IMG/VR virus record: IMGVR_UViG_3300044266_000149
Span: 1 to 40,315 of that record
Strand: one strand, 5' to 3'
Length of the DNA: 40,315 nucleotides
From: a virus
Taxonomy: Duplodnaviria > Caudoviricetes
A program made the translations under genes and the position numbers. The notes under the pieces are model-generated. The model was not told the origin of the DNA and ran no database searches. It saw only the letters and a list, made by a program, of their open reading frames with translations. This document shows, piece after piece, positions 36,141-40,315 of the stretch (position 1 is the stretch's first letter; each line of letters starts with the position of its first letter).

Positions 36141-37936
36141 TTGATATCTCCATAGACCTTACCGAACTTGACTTCAGCGCTCACTGGCAACGAAGGCCAC
36201 CAGCGGGGCGGGGTCTTCATCACCTCTAAGATGTAGTCACGGGCGGCGGGGCCTTCTTCCTCAGGAACCACTGCTACAAGTTCATCGTGAACGGTTAGAG
36301 CAACGGGGTAAGTTTCGTTTACAATAAGCAGCTGCTCCATCACTACGTGGCGGGCTACAGCTTGGATGATGTTCTCGGTGACGAGGCCGCCGTACACCCC
36401 TGAGCGACCCTCACCTCGAGACATATAAGACCAACGACGCTCAGAAGAACTGTAACGCAAATCAGGATACATCAGCGGGAAACCGACAGGTAGCTTGATC
36501 TCGTTCTGTAGCGTGTAGACGTCAAGGCTATCAGAGAGCCGTATAGACTGCCCGTTGAAGATCGACTGCAAGGCGCGGTCGCACGTGTCCCAGAACTTGA
36601 CGATCTTGTCGTTTTTCTGACGGTAGGCTTTGATCGCTCGCTGACACATATCCATGGGGCGGGGCTTACCCTGAGCGCGCAAGAATTCGAAGAACGTGTT
36701 CGCGGACATACCGTAACCTGCACCCAACACCGTCACTTTACCCAACCAGCGCTCATCCTCGTCAGCCTTTGTGATTTCGCGGCTGTAAATGAAAGACGCC
36801 ATATCGCAGTATGGATCTTTACCCTGACGAAACACCTCAACTAGATCCTCTTGCCCTGCAGCAGTAGCGAGAGCGCGAGCCTCAATCTGGGAGCTATCGC
36901 CTACGACTAGGACATGACCAGGAGGAGCGATGAGGCCTTTACGCAGTTTAGAGCCGCGAGTCAGGTTCTGCAGGTTGATACCCCCACTACCGCTGAATCG
37001 TCCTGTGTGAGCGCCGTAGTACAAGAGCGGCACAGGAAGCGGGCCAGTCTTACCGATGGCGCTGAGGCGGCGGGCGCGGCTTTCCTCAATCGTTGACTTC
37101 AGTTTCAAGCGAGCTGAAACTACGGTTTGAACGCGCGGATCCTCATGCTCTAGTAGATCAGTCAGCCCTTTGTCGTCCTTGGCAAACGCATAGGTAGCCT
37201 TGCCGGTGCGCTCGCTCATTTTCATCGGCGGCGTGACACCTAGACGCTCAAGAGCCTCGGCGAACTTTGGATTCGACATGATGACATCCATCGTGATACC
37301 TGCCTCAGCGAGCATTTTCTCACGATTCAGCCCGAGGTCAATCACGTACTGATCTAGCATGTCGTGGTCGATGTGGATACGAGGCTGCGTGACCGCGCGA
37401 ATAGACCATTGCAAGAGCAAGAATTCGAATCGAGAGCACTTGTTGATCAAGAGTTTGTACGCAGCGTGGCAAAGGTCTACGTCATGTTCGCAGTACTCAC
37501 CTAGGATGTTTCGTTCAAAACTCTGTAAGTCGGCCAAACGCTTCCCCTTGGATACGGCTAGACCGTTGAGTTTTGTACCAAGGCCGAGGGCCTCAGCTAC
37601 AGAGTTCAGACTGTACGAACGTAGACGCAGTTGAGCCCGAGCCAAACCGACGGTATCAGTCCACTGCTCAGGGTGCCAGTTGTAGCGATGCCCGCAGATA
37701 GCCCCGTCAAACTGAGAATTGTGAGCGATAGCCCGAACCTTCTGCCCGTAGAACTTGAAAGCCTTTGTAACGTCACCACCCCACGCAAGGACTGTAGGCT
37801 CATCGTTCATCTTGAACCCGCAGCACAATGTCTCAAATCGATCATCACGGATGTACTCCGTGGAGGTCATCTTTGAAAGCGAGTAATCTTTCGGATCGTA
37901 GAACGTTTCAAAGTCAAGAGTTAGAGTATCAATCAT
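36137..37936 (-). CDS. polA: Family A DNA polymerase with 3'-5' exonuclease, no 5'-3' exonuclease
   Basis: ExoI LDFET, ExoII AHNSQFD, ExoIII YCEHD; HTGRFSG...NLQN; motif A DSSQIEAR; motif B R.LGKVTVLGAGYG; motif C VHDE. Confidence 0.93.
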   Translation of the reverse strand: MIDTLTLDFETFYDPKDYSLSKMTSTEYIRDDRFETLCCGFKMNDEPTVLAWGGDVTKAFKFYGQKVRAIAHNSQFDGAICGHRYNWHPEQWTDTVGLARAQLRLRSYSLNSVAEALGLGTKLNGLAVSKGKRLADLQSFERNILGEYCEHDVDLCHAAYKLLINKCSRFEFLLLQWSIRAVTQPRIHIDHDMLDQYVIDLGLNREKMLAEAGITMDVIMSNPKFAEALERLGVTPPMKMSERTGKATYAFAKDDKGLTDLLEHEDPRVQTVVSARLKLKSTIEESRARRLSAIGKTGPLPVPLLYYGAHTGRFSGSGGINLQNLTRGSKLRKGLIAPPGHVLVVGDSSQIEARALATAAGQEDLVEVFRQGKDPYCDMASFIYSREITKADEDERWLGKVTVLGAGYGMSANTFFEFLRAQGKPRPMDMCQRAIKAYRQKNDKIVKFWDTCDRALQSIFNGQSIRLSDSLDVYTLQNEIKLPVGFPLMYPDLRYSSSERRWSYMSRGEGRSGVYGGLVTENIIQAVARHVVMEQLLIVNETYPVALTVHDELVAVVPEEEGPAARDYILEVMKTPPRWWPSLPVSAEVKFGKVYGDIK

Positions 37937-38243
37937 GTAGGATGTCTACTTTCTTGAGCACACCTGTTGAGCCGTCAAAGGTAGCGCGTATATTTGCCCC
38001 GACAATCGTAGCTCTACAGTCACCATCACGTAGGGCGTAGTAAAACTGATAGTCTGGCGTTGGTGTAGGTTTGACGCGATACCTCATATCAAAGTTCCAG
38101 CTCGGTTGATTGTTTATACAGTCTACCCAGCGGTGCTCTCGTGTTCTTTCGTCATAGAACTGAATCGTTGCACCGTCAGCCCACGCCTTGATAGTCGCGG
38201 CGTGAGGATGGGGACGCTTGGAAGAGTTTCCAGTAGTCATCAT
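37929..38243 (-). CDS. Conserved phage hypothetical protein
   Basis: PH.HA..IKAWADGA.IQ...W.D....PSW....YRVKP pattern. Confidence 0.7.
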   Translation of the reverse strand: MMTTGNSSKRPHPHAATIKAWADGATIQFYDERTREHRWVDCINNQPSWNFDMRYRVKPTPTPDYQFYYALRDGDCRATIVGANIRATFDGSTGVLKKVDILHD

Positions 38244-39217
38244 TGTTCCTTCTCAGCCAACCAGATACGGCAAGCTTCACGCCAGTCTGTAGCCTTGATG
38301 TCGTTGATATGCTTCAGACCGTCTCGGTTGCGTTTGTGCTGCCACCAAACCAAGCTGATCGGTTGAACAACGTCTTGGAAGTAAGGAGTGCGGTACAGGC
38401 GCTCGTCTTGAGGATCAAGCATGAAGTCTTGCAAGTCTTTTTCCCAGTCCTCAGGTGAGCAGCCCGAAAACATCGGGTAGGGCTTCGTTTGCAAGTCGGC
38501 GTACTCGGTGTCGTAGTAATCCAGAGGCAAGTACGAGGTGTTCTTGACCTTGTCCCAAACAGGGATCTCAGTGTAAACGTGCAGAGAATCCGAAACCTGC
38601 GTATAAGGGCCGACCTCATATCCGCAGCGACCAGCTACATACTCTTGAAGCATACTGAAATGTACAACGTTCGCCCCAAGCTTACCGTACAGCAGATCGT
38701 TAGAGCGGCAGCATACGGTCATGAACAGCTTATTGTCTCGCACTTTCCAGTAGATATGCGTATTGCAGGGGTGATCCAACTTCTTACCACCGAGGTCTAG
38801 ATCAGCGTCCCACATAGTAGTGACGACGCGGCGGTCGTTGGGGTTCGCGCGGAGAAGCTTGATCGCGTATTCGATCTGGTCCTCTTTGTGATGGCGCAGA
38901 CGCCAACCGTAGGCCCCCCAGAACGTATCACCGTCATCACTGTACTGCTTCATCTGAGAGTTGAAGTAGTCCAAGAACTCAACGTCACGGTAGCCGCCGA
39001 TAATCCAGAGGCCTTCCATACTGTGGAAAAACGGGTTACACATGCGGTCTTTGTTGAACAAGACGCGCTCCATCGGCTTGGAGTAGGTAGTAGCTACAGG
39101 CTCATTGAATTCGATGACGGGGCCGTTCCGTGAGTTACGTACGATGCCGTCTTTCCTGATAGCGTTGATCTCGAGCGGGAAAGCCTGATTGACGTTGGTT
39201 ACATTGAATGAAAGCAT
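38240..39217 (-). CDS. Thymidylate-synthase-family protein, probable dUMP hydroxymethylase
   Basis: SRNG, NPFF...E.LW, YSDDG....GAYG.R, RR.V..MWD, catalytic PCN, RSND..YG..GAN..HFS.LQE and SLHVY; adjacent to an aGPT-Pplase1 gene. Confidence 0.85.
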   Translation of the reverse strand: MLSFNVTNVNQAFPLEINAIRKDGIVRNSRNGPVIEFNEPVATTYSKPMERVLFNKDRMCNPFFHSMEGLWIIGGYRDVEFLDYFNSQMKQYSDDGDTFWGAYGWRLRHHKEDQIEYAIKLLRANPNDRRVVTTMWDADLDLGGKKLDHPCNTHIYWKVRDNKLFMTVCCRSNDLLYGKLGANVVHFSMLQEYVAGRCGYEVGPYTQVSDSLHVYTEIPVWDKVKNTSYLPLDYYDTEYADLQTKPYPMFSGCSPEDWEKDLQDFMLDPQDERLYRTPYFQDVVQPISLVWWQHKRNRDGLKHINDIKATDWREACRIWLAEKEQ

Positions 39218-39226
39218 TTGAGTTCC

Positions 39227-40138
39227 TTAGAATCTAGTTTCTGGGGTATACTTGGAGCGAACTTGCCCGCCGTTGATCAAACGGCAGTACTTGTCAAATT
39301 CGCAGAAGGTATTTTGGATGTCATGCAACGTGAACTTACTCACGTCCATGTACTTACTCAGCTCATTCCTGCAAGCGATGAGTTCTGAGTTGAACTGAGC
39401 TTGCTTGATGGGCTTGTCTAAGCCGCGCCCGAACAGACGGTTCAAACCTCTTGTAGAACCAGGACCGATGGGAGCGAATGTGTACAGGTCAGGAGCATGG
39501 CAAAGTAAGTGAGTGTAAGTCCAGTCAGCTACAACCTGCCCCGCCATGAACGTACCGAAATTGAACATACCCTTGAACAGGCCCATAGCTTCTTCTACAG
39601 TGCGGTACTCAGGTTTACGCTGGAAGAATGCATTGAACTTATCGCGATGGAACCACGCATTTTTGAGCGTGGAGTTCGCTATCCAATCACCCTTTGTACG
39701 CCCTTCAGGTAAAGTGCGGGCGGTGATGAGATAAGCCCCCGTCCAAGCCTTTTCACCGGATTGAACGCGGTGATCAATTTCAGCCCCTAGAGCGTCAAAC
39801 CAGTCCCCGTGCAACGTATCTTGCTCCCAAGCGTCATGCTGCAGCATCAGGTCAAGGGTTGGAGGCCAGTTGATCCAGCGGGCAACGATCGGCATGAACC
39901 AAAGTAGCGAGTAATCTCTGTACGGGCCGTACCAGTTATCGATGAGCCATCTAGATACGCGATCATCAGCGCGGCGCATGTTGCAGAACTTGTAGGTGTT
40001 TAGGATGTCATCCTCGCTCCAAGGGGCGGGAGCGCCAGCCTCTTTCTCTGTACGGATATGCTCACGCTCCAGTACGAAGTATACATACCGGTTACGCAGC
40101 TCAGGTATAGGCATACCTACTTGGTTTGGCTCAGTCAT
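39227..40138 (-). CDS. aGPT-Pplase1 family (alpha-glutamyl/putrescinyl-thymine pyrophosphorylase clade 1; 5-hmdU DNA kinase-associated helical domain)
   Basis: F..ERE.I...K..G...PWS.D.IL..YKFCN.RR.DDRVS.W, TGAY.I, G.FMAGQVVAD, GPGS.RGLNRL and DIQN..CEFDKY motifs. Confidence 0.85.
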   Translation of the reverse strand: MTEPNQVGMPIPELRNRYVYFVLEREHIRTEKEAGAPAPWSEDDILNTYKFCNMRRADDRVSRWLIDNWYGPYRDYSLLWFMPIVARWINWPPTLDLMLQHDAWEQDTLHGDWFDALGAEIDHRVQSGEKAWTGAYLITARTLPEGRTKGDWIANSTLKNAWFHRDKFNAFFQRKPEYRTVEEAMGLFKGMFNFGTFMAGQVVADWTYTHLLCHAPDLYTFAPIGPGSTRGLNRLFGRGLDKPIKQAQFNSELIACRNELSKYMDVSKFTLHDIQNTFCEFDKYCRLINGGQVRSKYTPETRF

Positions 40139-40272
40139 GCTAGGCGATCCGTCTTGAAAGCTTCATCGACGAGAAGCGAGAATGTATACAGATCTACCTT
40201 AGACAGATCAAACAGGTTTTCTGTCGCAGTAGTCCAGTACCAGAGGCGACGGCGTTCATTCAGATTTTTCAT
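40135..40272 (-). CDS. 45-aa hypothetical protein (not in ORF track)
   Basis: SD AAGGAG, ATG at 40272; MKNLNERRRLWYWTTATENLFDLSKVDLYTFSLLVDEAFKTDRLA; stop overlaps the next ATG (ATGA). Confidence 0.65.
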   Translation of the reverse strand: MKNLNERRRLWYWTTATENLFDLSKVDLYTFSLLVDEAFKTDRLA

Positions 40273-40315
40273 GGCCAAGCTCCTTCAAGATGATTTGTAC
40301 AGCTTCTTCAGAGGT
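40256..40315 (-). CDS. C-terminal fragment of upstream gene (truncated by window)
   Basis: Open frame TSEEAVQIILKELGHEKSE* from the window edge. Confidence 0.4.
   Translation of the reverse strand, partial: TSEEAVQIILKELGHEKSE

Noticed and set aside
31672-37936. Z-genome (2-aminoadenine) system suggested by DatZ-like HD, MazG-like and PolA genes
   Set aside because: No PurZ in the window, and the linked TS-like and aGPT-Pplase1 genes point to thymidine modification. Cannot be fully excluded without the rest of the genome.
38240-39217. dCMP hydroxymethylase (T4-like hmC)
   Set aside because: The specificity position is Asn (GANVVHFS) rather than Asp, and the neighbour is a thymine-modification family gene.

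Overview
This window is about 40 kb of a tailed dsDNA phage genome, probably podovirus-like. The lipoprotein/spanin-like lysis genes suggest a Gram-negative host. The + strand (1-31332) is a late/virion arm: scaffold-like protein (5'-truncated), capsid-associated proteins, major capsid protein, beta-rich decoration proteins, head-tail adaptors, three tandem paralogous tail-fibre genes, a lysis cassette with an M15A peptidase, a tail nozzle-like protein and large internal/ejection proteins ending in a lytic transglycosylase. The - strand (31282-40315) is a convergent DNA-metabolism arm: an aGPT-Pplase1 family DNA-modification protein, a thymidylate-synthase-like dUMP hydroxymethylase, a family A DNA polymerase, a Sak4-like ATPase, a DUF669 SSB, a Cas4-like exonuclease, a RuvC-like resolvase, an HD nucleotidase and a MazG/Nmad1-like protein. 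The most notable signals are (i) a probable 5-hmdU/hypermodified-thymidine pathway on this virion chassis, (ii) a strand-specific structured RNA candidate with a loop E/sarcin-ricin motif between SSB and exonuclease, (iii) a triplicated receptor-binding module with a 35-bp perfect repeat, and (iv) a recurring (F/Y/M/A)(K/A)xGG peptide motif in virion-arm proteins. No terminase, portal, integrase, tRNA or CRISPR array was seen. All family assignments come from motif recognition by eye, not database searches.
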